From positions 70,829 to 134,828 of the forward strand of contig CAVVGU010000002.1 in the NCBI GenBank assembly GCA_963747875.1: a stretch of DNA of 64,000 nucleotides, given 5' to 3'. This document shows, piece by piece, positions 40,752-49,535 of this stretch. Within the stretch, counting starts at the first letter, position 1; each line of letters opens with the position of its first letter. This DNA is from an uncultured Solirubrobacterales bacterium (lineage in GTDB: Bacteria; Actinomycetota; Thermoleophilia; Solirubrobacterales; Solirubrobacteraceae). The notes under the pieces were generated by a model. That model was not told the DNA's origin and searched no databases. It saw only the letters and a list, made by a program, of their open reading frames with translations. Position numbers and translations under genes: made by a program.

Positions 40752-40785
40752 GAGCGTACCGTCCCAAGTCCGGCGTAGCCTGAGC
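40752..40785. repeat. right copy of the ~30-nt imperfect direct repeat bracketing the TA-SDR module
   Basis: See 39358-39390. It lies in the convergent spacer between the SDR stop (40694) and the obg stop (40825). Confidence 0.7.
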
Positions 40786-40824
40786 TCTACCCGGCTGACG
40801 CAAACAGGCCACCCCGCAGTGCAC

Positions 40825-42426
40825 CTACTCCGCCGGGTCAAGCTCCAGCGCGACCCCTGCGATCTGCAGCTCATCTCCGGGCTGGAAGCCCTCGGCCTCC
40901 AGGGCTTTCAAGACGCCGAGGCGGCGCAGGCGGCTCTCGACGTGGGCCATCGCCTCCTCGTTCTCCACATCGAAGCGCGCGAGCAAACGCTCGACCGCGC
41001 GACCGCGGACGGCGAAGGCGCCGGGGCGGAGTTGCTCGACGGTGAAGCCGGTGCGCTCCGCGGGGCGGAAGACCATGTGCTCGGCCAGATCCTCCGCGCC
41101 AGGGCCCGCCGCGCTGCGGCCGGCAGGATTCGCGCCTGCGGTTGCCGCGCCACGACCGGCAAGACCCCCGCCCACGGCCGCGGCCCCACTGCTAGCCCCG
41201 AGCAGGTCCCCACCCCGATCGCCGGCCGCACCGAGGTCGCCCCCCGCTCCCAGCGCGGGGATACGCCGCATCAGCTCCCCCGCCAGCTCCGCGAGGCCCG
41301 CGCGGGTGGCGCTCGAGGTCGCGATCACCGGGACCTCGGGACCGAGGCGCTCTGCCCACTGCGCCACCGCCTCCGCCACGCGCTCCGGCGGGACGAGGTC
41401 GGCCTTCGAGAGCGCGAGCACCCGCGGCAGGGCCGCCAGGCGCGGGTCGTGGGCGGCGAGCTCCTGCTCGATCGTCGCGTGGTTCGCTACCGCATCCGCT
41501 GGGTTGGCCGGGTCCAGATCGCCGGTCAGCTCAGGGGCGATGTCGAGCACGTGTACCAGCAGGCGCGTGCGCTCCACGTGCGCGAGGAACTCGTGGCCCA
41601 GACCCGCCCCCTCGCTCGCGCCCTCGATCAGGCCCGGGATGTCCGCCACGATCAGCTGGCGCTCGTCGTTTTCGAGCACCCCCAACACCGGCTCGAGCGT
41701 CGTGAACGGGTAGGCCGCCACCTTCGGAGCCGCGCGCGTGAGGCGCGCCAGCAGCGAGGACTTGCCCGCGTTCGGCAGGCCCACCAGGCCCACGTCCGCG
41801 AGCAGCCGCAGGCGCAGCTCCAGCCACCCCGCCTCGCCCGGCACGCCCCGCTCGGCGAAGCGCGGGGCCTGGCGCGTGGGGGTCGTGAAGCGCTTGTTGC
41901 CGCGCCCGCCCCCGCCGCCGCGGGCGACCGGCGCGCGCTGGCCGTGACGCATCAGCTCCCAGCGGCGGCCCGCGAGGTCGTCCTCCCCGTCGACGCCGGA
42001 ATCGCCCTCGCCGCCTGTCCGCTTCCCCAAAGCCTCGCCGCCTGTCCGCTTCCCCAAACCCTCACCGCCCGTCCCCAACCCCTGACCCTCGCCGCCAGCC
42101 ACCCCGGCAAGAGCGCCCGTTGGGCCCCCCATGCCGATCACCTCGGTCCCCGGGGGGACCCGCAGCACCAGCTCCCCCCCGTCGGCGCCGTGGCGCTGCG
42201 AGCCTTCCCCGTTGCCCCCCCGCGGGGCGCGGTAGTGGGTGCGCCGCGTGAAGCTCTGCAGGTCGCGCAGCGAGTCGTCGCACAGCAGCACCACCTCCCC
42301 CCCACGGCCCCCGTCGCCGCCGTCCGGGCCACCGCGCGGGACGTGCGCTTCGCGGCGGAAGCTCGAGCAGCCATCGCCGCCAGCGCCAGCCTGGACATAA
42401 ATGCGTGCGCGGTCGTGGAGCATCAC
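40825..42426 (-). CDS. obg: GTPase Obg, with in-frame Gly-rich insertion
   Basis: The Obg-fold Gly repeats (GGDGG, GGNGEG, GGGGGRGN), G1 GLPNAGKSSLL, G3 DIPGLIEGA and the C-terminal OCT-like domain (FTVEQL...FQPGDELQIAGVALELD) are present. At 533 aa it is longer than usual. Confidence 0.9.
   Translation of the reverse strand: MMLHDRARIYVQAGAGGDGCSSFRREAHVPRGGPDGGDGGRGGEVVLLCDDSLRDLQSFTRRTHYRAPRGGNGEGSQRHGADGGELVLRVPPGTEVIGMGGPTGALAGVAGGEGQGLGTGGEGLGKRTGGEALGKRTGGEGDSGVDGEDDLAGRRWELMRHGQRAPVARGGGGGRGNKRFTTPTRQAPRFAERGVPGEAGWLELRLRLLADVGLVGLPNAGKSSLLARLTRAAPKVAAYPFTTLEPVLGVLENDERQLIVADIPGLIEGASEGAGLGHEFLAHVERTRLLVHVLDIAPELTGDLDPANPADAVANHATIEQELAAHDPRLAALPRVLALSKADLVPPERVAEAVAQWAERLGPEVPVIATSSATRAGLAELAGELMRRIPALGAGGDLGAAGDRGGDLLGASSGAAAVGGGLAGRGAATAGANPAGRSAAGPGAEDLAEHMVFRPAERTGFTVEQLRPGAFAVRGRAVERLLARFDVENEEAMAHVESRLRRLGVLKALEAEGFQPGDELQIAGVALELDPAE
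42007..42060 (-). repeat. 27-nt in-frame tandem duplication inside obg (encodes [AG]LGKRTGGE twice)
   Basis: ctcgccgcctgtccgcttccccaaagc (42007-42033) and ctcgccgcctgtccgcttccccaaacc (42034-60) are adjacent. A degenerate third unit follows. Confidence 0.85.
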
Positions 42427-42466
42427 CGCATCCTGACACGCGGAGCGCGCCGCGCTGGAGAGGAGC

Positions 42467-42727
42467 TTAGGACTGCTCGCCCGGCAGCACGTTCACCACG
42501 CGACCACGTCTGCCCGTGGTGAACTGCACGGTACCCGCCGCACGCGCGTACAGCGTGTCGTCCTTGCCGATCCCCACACCATCGCCCGGCTTGAAGCGCG
42601 TGCCGCGCTGGCGCACGATGATCTCGCCGCCCGTCACGGTCTGGCCCGCGAACGTCTTCACGCCCAGGCGTTTGGCGTTGGAGTCGCGGCCGTTGCGGCT
42701 GGAGCCCAGCCCCTTCTTATGCGCCAT
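42467..42727 (-). CDS. rpmA: 50S ribosomal protein L27
   Basis: [24 protein letters not shown]... is the canonical L27 N-terminus. Confidence 0.95.
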   Translation of the reverse strand: MAHKKGLGSSRNGRDSNAKRLGVKTFAGQTVTGGEIIVRQRGTRFKPGDGVGIGKDDTLYARAAGTVQFTTGRRGRVVNVLPGEQS

Positions 42728-43184
42728 CCTCGCTCGCCTCCTTCGCGGCCGCGGCCGGTGTCGCGGGTTTGTGCGCCGCCGCCGGCTTGACTGGCGGCGC
42801 GGGGGAGGCCGCGGCCGCCGACTCGGGATGCTGGCTCGCCGCAGTCGGTTTCGCCGTCTTGTGCGCCGCCTTGGCCGCGCCCATGCCGATCTCCGTGATT
42901 TCGATCCGGGTCAGCTCCTGGCGGTGGCCGGTGCGGCGTTTGTAGCCGCGCTTGGGCTTGAACTTCACGACGCGCAGCTTCTCCCCGCGCTCGTGCGCGA
43001 GGATCTTCGCGGTGACGTGCACCTGCTCGAGGCCCTGCGCGTCGAAGACCGCCTCATCGGAGCGGTACATCAGCGGCTTCAGCGCCACGCTCGCGCCCAC
43101 CTCCTCCGGCAGGCGCTCGACCAGCAGGTACTGGCCGCGCTCCACGCGGTACTGCTTGCCACCTGTCTTCACGATCGCGTACAT
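42717..43184 (-). CDS. rplU: 50S ribosomal protein L21 with Ala/Pro/Lys-rich C-terminal extension
   Basis: [18 protein letters not shown]... is a canonical L21 core of about 100 aa. A low-complexity tail of about 50 aa follows. The gene overlaps rpmA by 11 nt. Confidence 0.9.
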   Translation of the reverse strand: MYAIVKTGGKQYRVERGQYLLVERLPEEVGASVALKPLMYRSDEAVFDAQGLEQVHVTAKILAHERGEKLRVVKFKPKRGYKRRTGHRQELTRIEITEIGMGAAKAAHKTAKPTAASQHPESAAAASPAPPVKPAAAHKPATPAAAAKEASEDGA

Positions 43185-43193
43185 GGTCCTCTT

Positions 43194-45344
43194 CTACTCC
43201 GTGCTCGCCTCTGCCTTAGCAGCCGAACGGCGCCGTCCGCCCCTGCGGCCTCGGCGCCGAGGTTTGGATTGTACGGCATCCTCCTCGCCGACCTCCACCG
43301 ACGCCTCCCCGTGCTCGCCCGGCGGCTCGGAATGCTCCGAGGCCCCGTTCGCCGAGGGCTCGCCTGCGGGAGCGCCCGCCAGCACCAGCGCAGGCGCCCC
43401 AGGGCTCGGCTGCTCGATCGCCGGCGCCTGCACCTCCGCCTGCTCTGGCTCCTGCACGGCCGCGGTCGGTTTCGGTTTCGGCGCGGTCCGCGGTTTGCGC
43501 TGGCCGATCTTCGATCGGTCACGGCGCCGTGGCGACGCGGCCGGACGGGGCGCGGGGCGCACCACCTCGCCGTGCTCGTCCAGCAGCAGCGCGCTCGCCG
43601 CGGTCCGGCCCACCTGCTCGATGCGCACCATCCGCTTCTCCCCCACGTGCGGAGAGGCACCCGCGATCGAGATTATGTAGCCGTCGATCTTCGCCACCGC
43701 GTCGTCCACGTCGTACATGTGCGGCTCCACGATCTCCACCAGCACCTCGTCGCCCACGTGGAAGGGCAGCGCGCGCTCCTCCACCTCCTCGCGGGTCCCC
43801 TGGAAGGTGATCGCGAAGTGGTCGAGCGCGAGGCCTTCGGAGCCCTCGAAGTGAAACGAGCGCCCCGTGTCGTGCTCCAGCGCGTGCAGCACCCGTGAGT
43901 GCTGGCCGGTGAACTGAGCCGTCACCCGCGGGTTGATTTGCACCAGGAACGCCTCCACGTCGGGGCTCTCAGCGGCGATCTCGCGCAGGCGGCGCTCGAA
44001 GTCGATCGCGAACGTCTCCTCCGAGCGGATCACCCCGTCCCCGTCGCACGTCGGGCAGGGGCGGCTCATGATCTCGCGCACCCCCTCCGTCACGTTCTGG
44101 CGGGTCATCTCCACCAGACCGAGCTTTGAGATCTCCGCCGTGAACGTCTTCGTGCGGTCCTCGTCGAGCGATTTTCTGAGGGTCTTCATCACCGCGTCGC
44201 GGTTGCGCGCCCGCGCCATGTCGATGAAGTCGATCACGATGATCCCCCCGATGTCGCGCAGGCGCAGCTGGTTGACCACCGCCTCCGCCGCCTCCAGGTT
44301 CGTGCGCGTGATCGTCTCCTCCAGGCCCGCGCTGCGCCCCCGACCCGTGAAGCTGCCGGAGTTCACGTCGATCACCGTCAGCGCCTCCGCGTAGTCGATC
44401 ATCAGGTACCCCCCGCTCGGCAGGTCCACGCGCCGGGACATCACCCCCTCGATCGCCTGCTCCACCCCGTAGACCTCGAACAGCGGGCGCTCCTCCTCCC
44501 ACAGCTCCACCCGCTCCACGAGCTCCGGCGCGGTGCGCGTGAAGAACGACACCAGCCGGCGGTACTGCTGCTCGTCATCCACGATCGCGCGCTCGAAGTG
44601 TTCGGAGAAGATGTCCCGCACCACCCGCACCGAGAGGTCGGCCTCCTGGAAGACCATCTCCGGCGCCGCCGTCTCCTCCACGCGTTTGACCAGCACCTCG
44701 TGGAGCTTGTGCAAGTAGAGCAACTCCCGCTCGAAGTCCTCGCGCTTGGCGCCGTGCGCTGCGGTGCGGATGATCGCCCCGCCGCTACCCAAGTCGAGTT
44801 TCGCGGTCTGCTTGCGTAGGCGCTCGCGCTCCTTGTCCTCCAGGCGCCGGGAGACCCCCACGCCCTCGCCCGTGGGCTGGTAGACCATGTAGCGGCCTGC
44901 GATCGTCAGATCCATCGACAGGCGCGCCCCCTTCGTCTTCAGGGGGTCCTTGATCACCTGCACCACAACCTCCTGGCCCGGCTTCAGGAGCTCTGAGATC
45001 TTGCGCCCCCCACCGCGCCCGCGGCGCGGGGCCTCCACGCCCGGGAGCACGATCTCATCGACGTGCAGGAAGCCGTTCTTCTCCAGGCCGATATCCACGA
45101 ACGCCGCCTCCAGCCCCGGCAGCACGTTGTCGACCTTGCCCTTGTAGATGTTGCCCACGATCGAGCGCGCCCCCCGGCGCTCGATGTAGAGCTCAGCGAT
45201 CCGGTAAGCCGCGCCCGGGGGAGCGCTCCCGCGCCGCCGGCGCCGGCCCGAGGGTGTGCGTGCGGCGACCGGCGTGCCGGTCGCCTCCATGAGCGCCACG
45301 CGCGTCTCCGCGCGATCGACGCTGACGAGTACTTGCTTTTTCAA
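43194..45344 (-). CDS. rne: ribonuclease E/G family endoribonuclease
   Basis: An S1-like N-terminus (GNIYKGKVDNVLPGLEAAFVDIG), a catalytic core (GGIIVIDFIDM) and a basic/Pro-rich C-terminal tail are present. The start is uncertain. I propose TTG 45344 (LKKQVLVSVDRAETRVALME) rather than the track start at 45470. Confidence 0.8.
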   Translation of the reverse strand: MKKQVLVSVDRAETRVALMEATGTPVAARTPSGRRRRRGSAPPGAAYRIAELYIERRGARSIVGNIYKGKVDNVLPGLEAAFVDIGLEKNGFLHVDEIVLPGVEAPRRGRGGGRKISELLKPGQEVVVQVIKDPLKTKGARLSMDLTIAGRYMVYQPTGEGVGVSRRLEDKERERLRKQTAKLDLGSGGAIIRTAAHGAKREDFERELLYLHKLHEVLVKRVEETAAPEMVFQEADLSVRVVRDIFSEHFERAIVDDEQQYRRLVSFFTRTAPELVERVELWEEERPLFEVYGVEQAIEGVMSRRVDLPSGGYLMIDYAEALTVIDVNSGSFTGRGRSAGLEETITRTNLEAAEAVVNQLRLRDIGGIIVIDFIDMARARNRDAVMKTLRKSLDEDRTKTFTAEISKLGLVEMTRQNVTEGVREIMSRPCPTCDGDGVIRSEETFAIDFERRLREIAAESPDVEAFLVQINPRVTAQFTGQHSRVLHALEHDTGRSFHFEGSEGLALDHFAITFQGTREEVEERALPFHVGDEVLVEIVEPHMYDVDDAVAKIDGYIISIAGASPHVGEKRMVRIEQVGRTAASALLLDEHGEVVRPAPRPAASPRRRDRSKIGQRKPRTAPKPKPTAAVQEPEQAEVQAPAIEQPSPGAPALVLAGAPAGEPSANGASEHSEPPGEHGEASVEVGEEDAVQSKPRRRGRRGGRRRSAAKAEASTE

Positions 45345-45599
45345 GGTGTTCCAGTCTTTCGGTATCGGTATGGACCGAGGCCCAGGGGGCTGTCCCGCAG
45401 CGCAACCCGGTGGAGCGGCCAATGGGCGGCCGACGCACGGGCGGCGGGGACCCCTCGTCCGCGGAGGCACCTGGCGGTGCGAAGTTCACGCGGGCATCTC
45501 GTCTGGGGGTTTCGGTAAGCATCGCTTCAGGACTTCTGGGTGCTCTCTTGTCTGTCTCTTCTCGGAAAGCGTTGGCTCTCCTCTACGAATCTTGTCCTG

Positions 45600-46823
45600 C
45601 TAGGGCCGCAAGACGCGACCCTTCAAAGCCTCTGCGGTGCGCGCCTGAACGTAGATCGACTGCAGCAGGCCGATAGCCAGCAGCGTGGCGATCACCGACG
45701 AGCCGCCATAGCTCATGAGCGGCAGCGTAACGCCGGTCACGGGCATGATGCCAATCGTCACGCCCACGTTGACGAACACCTGAAACATAAGCATAGCCAC
45801 CACCCCCCCGGCAACCAGCGCCCCGAACAGATCCTTCGACATCGTCATGATCCGCAGCGTGCGCCAGATCAACAGCGCATACAGCGAAAGCACCAGCGCC
45901 GCCCCGACAAAGCCATAGCGCGCGCCGATCGACGCGAACACGAAGTCGGTGTTGTTCTCCGGCACATAGTCGCCCTTGATCTGGGTGTCATTCACGGCGC
46001 TGCCGGTCTTCTGCCCCGCGCCAATCGCGATCTTCGACTGCTGCTGCTGGTAGCCGGCCTGTTCGGAGCTGTAGTCCTTCGAGGGGTTCAGGAAGTCCGT
46101 CAGGCGTTCCACCTCGTAGGGCTTGAGCACGTGCACCCCCACCGCCGGGGCGCCACCGAGCACGAGCGCGAACGCCACCGCGCCGAGCGCCGCCAGCCCC
46201 GCCAGGTGGCGCCACGGGACACCCGCCACGAACAGCACCGTCAGCGCGATCGTCACGTAGACCAGGCCCGAGCCGAGGTCCGGCTGGGCGATCACGAACA
46301 TCGCCGGCACCAGCGCCGCGAGCATCACGCGGGCCGTGGTCTCGCGCTCGGCCAGCTGGCGTGAGCGGTCCACCAGCAGCGCCGCCAGCGCGAGGATCAG
46401 CAGCACCTTGCCGAGCTCGGAGGCCTGGAAGGAGAACAGCGGGAAGCTGATCGCCCGCACCGACCCCTTCCCATCCTGGTGCCCCAGGCCCAGCACCGCG
46501 AGGATGCTCAGCATCAGCGCCCCGTAGGTCCAGTTTTTGAGGTTGCGCAGGCGCGCGTAGTCGAGCCGCGCGACCACCAGCATCAGCACCGCGCCGATCA
46601 GCAGATAGACCCCTTGGCGCTCGGAGTAGTAGTCCGGCCGGCCCGCCACCGCTTCGGAGGTGGTCGTCGTCAGGATCTTCACCGAGCACAGCCCCAGCCC
46701 CAGCACCGCGAGCGTCAGCAGCGGGTCCAGCATCAGCCGCGGGCCCGTGCGCGGCTCCGGCTGCGCCGTCTGCGCGCGGCGGCTCGGCTCGGGGGCGGTG
46801 ATCGGGCTCAGCGGCGGGGGCAT
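45600..46823 (-). CDS. rodA: SEDS-family peptidoglycan polymerase RodA
   Basis: A multi-TM protein carrying NTDFVFASIG and MPVTGVTLPLMSYGGSS, the FtsW/RodA signatures. It is adjacent to pbp2. The start may be the internal ATG at 46733. Confidence 0.85.
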   Translation of the reverse strand: MPPPLSPITAPEPSRRAQTAQPEPRTGPRLMLDPLLTLAVLGLGLCSVKILTTTTSEAVAGRPDYYSERQGVYLLIGAVLMLVVARLDYARLRNLKNWTYGALMLSILAVLGLGHQDGKGSVRAISFPLFSFQASELGKVLLILALAALLVDRSRQLAERETTARVMLAALVPAMFVIAQPDLGSGLVYVTIALTVLFVAGVPWRHLAGLAALGAVAFALVLGGAPAVGVHVLKPYEVERLTDFLNPSKDYSSEQAGYQQQQSKIAIGAGQKTGSAVNDTQIKGDYVPENNTDFVFASIGARYGFVGAALVLSLYALLIWRTLRIMTMSKDLFGALVAGGVVAMLMFQVFVNVGVTIGIMPVTGVTLPLMSYGGSSVIATLLAIGLLQSIYVQARTAEALKGRVLRP

Positions 46824-46935
46824 CGCGCCTTCAGGATCGCGGGTTCGGGTTCGCTTCGGCCTCGCAGCTCGGCGGCGCCGGGCGCAACGCGCGGGGCGAG
46901 GCGCACGGAGGCGCGGATCGGACCCAGTGGCGCCA

Positions 46936-48963
46936 TCAGTGATCCGGGTTCGATCCGCTCATCAGCTTCAGCGGCTGGTTGAACCACTTCGAGGCGATCA
47001 GCCGCGCCACCGGGGCCGCCGCCTGGTCGCCGAAACCGCCCTGTTCGACCGTCACCGCGATCACGATCGGCCGGCCCGCGTCCGGCAGGATGCACATGTA
47101 CCACGCCTGTTCGATCTGGCCCGCGCGTTCGGCCGTGCCCGTCTTGCCGTAGACCGGGTACTTCGCCTGGTTCCACCCCGACCACACGTCCGCCGAGGTA
47201 CCCCCCGTCTCGGAGGTCGCGTCGTGGATGCCTTCCATCACCAGGTTCAGGTTGGCGGCGTCGAAGCGCACCTTGCGCCGCGTGGGGAAGTTGAGCGTCT
47301 GCAAGATCCCCCCGCCCGGGTTTTCGATCGCCATCCCCAGGTGCGGAGTCGGGACGGTGCCTTCGCCGCCGTTCATGAACGCGTTCGCGAGCGCCGAGTA
47401 GGCCACCGCCATCTGCAGCGGGTCGGTCTGCAGGTCGCCCTGGCCGACCGCGAGGTTCATGTTGTCGCCCGGCTCCCACGGGCGGATTTCGGCCACGTAG
47501 CCGCATCCCACGCGGGGGGGATGGCGCAGGCACTTGGCCTGCTTACGATTCTGCGCTTCGCGCCACTGCGGCGAGGGCAGCACACCTTCGGATTCGTTGG
47601 GCAGGTCGATCCCCGTCGGGCGCCCGATCCCCAGCTTGTGGGCCATCGTCTGGATCACCGGGGGTTCGTGGCCGTTGTCGTGCTCGCCCACTTCGAAGAA
47701 GTACGTGTCCGAGGAGACCTTGAGCGCTTCCACCAGCCCCAGGGAGCCGTAATCCGTTTTGCCGGCGTTGCAGAATTCCCTGCCGCCCTGCGCCACGATG
47801 CAGCTGCCCCCACCCATCCCCACGCTGGGGTCCAGGAGGCCCGCTTCGAGGCTCCCGATCGCGGTGATCGGCTTGAACGTCGAGCCCGTCGGGTAGTGGC
47901 CTTCGGTCGCGCGGTCGAGCAGCGGATCGGGCGGGTTGGCGCCTTCTGGTCCCTGGCCGATCTGCTCGACTTCCTTCAGTTCGCGTTCCGTCAGCGGCTT
48001 GGTGAAGCGGTTGGGGTCGAAGCTCGGGTAGGAGCCCAACGCGAGAATCCCCCCGCTGCGCGGTTCCATCGCCAGGAACGCCCCCCCGTTGCCCGGGTGC
48101 CCGAGCGCGCGGGCCAGTTCCATGCCCTTGCGCAACGCGATTTCGCCCTCGCGCTGCAGCGGCAGGTTCAGCGTCAAGCGCAGGCTGTAGCCCGTGCGCG
48201 GCTTCGTGACCGGCTGGTTGGCCGAGACCACCTGGTTTTCGGAGTTGACCTCCACCGGGCGCACCCCCGGGGTGCCGCGCAGATAGCGGTCGTACCGGTA
48301 CTCGAGGCCCTCCTGGCCGACCATCGTCCCCGCTTCGACGCCCTTGAAATGAGGGTGCAGGGGGCTCTTTGGTTCCACCTCTTCTTTGGTCACCTGGCTG
48401 ACGTAGCCGAACACCTGCGCAGCCATTTCGCCGTGCGGGTAATCGCGCACCGAGACCTGTTCCTGCTTGACCCCCGGGAATTCGTTCTGGCGCTCCCCCA
48501 GCACCGTCAGCACACCCCGGCCGGCGTCGGAGGCGATCGTCACGGGGGCGTAGGACACTTCCCTGTGCCCCTTTTCCTCGATTTCCACGATCCGCCGCGG
48601 GCTCATCCCGATCAGCTTCCCGAGGCGCCTGTACAGCGCCCTGCGGCGAGGCCCCGCCGGGGGCAGTTCGGAGGGGACGATCTCGACCGCGTTGGTGACC
48701 TTGCTCGTGACCAGCACATTGCCTTCGCTGTCGAGGATCTGCCCGCGCGGCGCGGCGATCGGCAGGTCGCGCAGCGTGTTCGCCGCCGCCTGCTGGACAT
48801 ACTGTTCGCCGCTCAAAATCTGCAGATACCACAGGCGGAAGAAGATGATCCCGAACACGATCAACGCCACCCCCCCCAGGATCGCCACCCGCAGCCCCAA
48901 CTGCGAGGCGCCCGGCGGGGGCACCCGCGGATCGGGGGTGCGTACGCGTTCCAGGGAGCTCAT
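46936..48963 (-). CDS. mrdA: penicillin-binding protein 2 (elongation transpeptidase)
   Basis: An N-terminal TM segment, a PBP dimerisation region and the active-site STFK are present. The gene sits in the mreBCD-pbp2-rodA context and overlaps mreD by 4 nt. Confidence 0.85.
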   Translation of the reverse strand: MSSLERVRTPDPRVPPPGASQLGLRVAILGGVALIVFGIIFFRLWYLQILSGEQYVQQAAANTLRDLPIAAPRGQILDSEGNVLVTSKVTNAVEIVPSELPPAGPRRRALYRRLGKLIGMSPRRIVEIEEKGHREVSYAPVTIASDAGRGVLTVLGERQNEFPGVKQEQVSVRDYPHGEMAAQVFGYVSQVTKEEVEPKSPLHPHFKGVEAGTMVGQEGLEYRYDRYLRGTPGVRPVEVNSENQVVSANQPVTKPRTGYSLRLTLNLPLQREGEIALRKGMELARALGHPGNGGAFLAMEPRSGGILALGSYPSFDPNRFTKPLTERELKEVEQIGQGPEGANPPDPLLDRATEGHYPTGSTFKPITAIGSLEAGLLDPSVGMGGGSCIVAQGGREFCNAGKTDYGSLGLVEALKVSSDTYFFEVGEHDNGHEPPVIQTMAHKLGIGRPTGIDLPNESEGVLPSPQWREAQNRKQAKCLRHPPRVGCGYVAEIRPWEPGDNMNLAVGQGDLQTDPLQMAVAYSALANAFMNGGEGTVPTPHLGMAIENPGGGILQTLNFPTRRKVRFDAANLNLVMEGIHDATSETGGTSADVWSGWNQAKYPVYGKTGTAERAGQIEQAWYMCILPDAGRPIVIAVTVEQGGFGDQAAAPVARLIASKWFNQPLKLMSGSNPDH

Positions 48964-49535
48964 GCTCTTGACAGGGGGCTCAACCCACCCGTGGTGTAGG
49001 CCCGCCGCCGGCGGCGGCGGGGGTCATCGGGGAGGCTCGGCTCGAGCCAACGGCGCGTGAGCGCCCACACCGGCAGCGCCACCAGCGTATCCAGCGCCAC
49101 CCCCACCAGGATCTGGCGCAGCAGCTCGAAGCTCACCGGGGCATCCACCCCGAGCATGAACTCCATCATCGAGTAGCCCACCAGCGAGGCCGCCGCCGCC
49201 GCCGCGCCCACCAACAGCGGGGTGATCACCCCCTGCGGATCGCGCAGCTCACGTAGGCGCCCCGCCGCGTAGCCGATCACCGTGAAGATCAGCGAGGTCA
49301 AGCCGAGCGTCTGGACCAGCGTCAAGTCCACCAGCAGCCCGATCGCAAAGCCCGCGCACGCCCCCGCCAGCGAGCCGCACAGCAGGCCCACGAAGGCCAC
49401 CACCAAGGGAGACAGGTCGATGGCCACGCCGAAGACCGGTACCTCCGAGACCACCCCCGTCTGCAGGAACACGACCACCGCCGCGAGCGCCGCCACCCGC
49501 GCCACCATTGCCCCCGGGATTCCGCTCCCCTCCAT
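48960..49535 (-). CDS. mreD: rod shape-determining protein MreD
   Basis: A small polytopic membrane protein between mreC and pbp2. The call rests on context and hydrophobicity. Confidence 0.65.
   Translation of the reverse strand: MEGSGIPGAMVARVAALAAVVVFLQTGVVSEVPVFGVAIDLSPLVVAFVGLLCGSLAGACAGFAIGLLVDLTLVQTLGLTSLIFTVIGYAAGRLRELRDPQGVITPLLVGAAAAAASLVGYSMMEFMLGVDAPVSFELLRQILVGVALDTLVALPVWALTRRWLEPSLPDDPRRRRRRAYTTGGLSPLSRA

Noticed and set aside
42007-42085. CRISPR array, considered for the 27-nt repeats in obg and the ~25-nt repeats at 56077-56179
   Set aside because: The repeats are directly adjacent with no unique spacers. One set is in frame inside an essential gene, and no cas genes are present.
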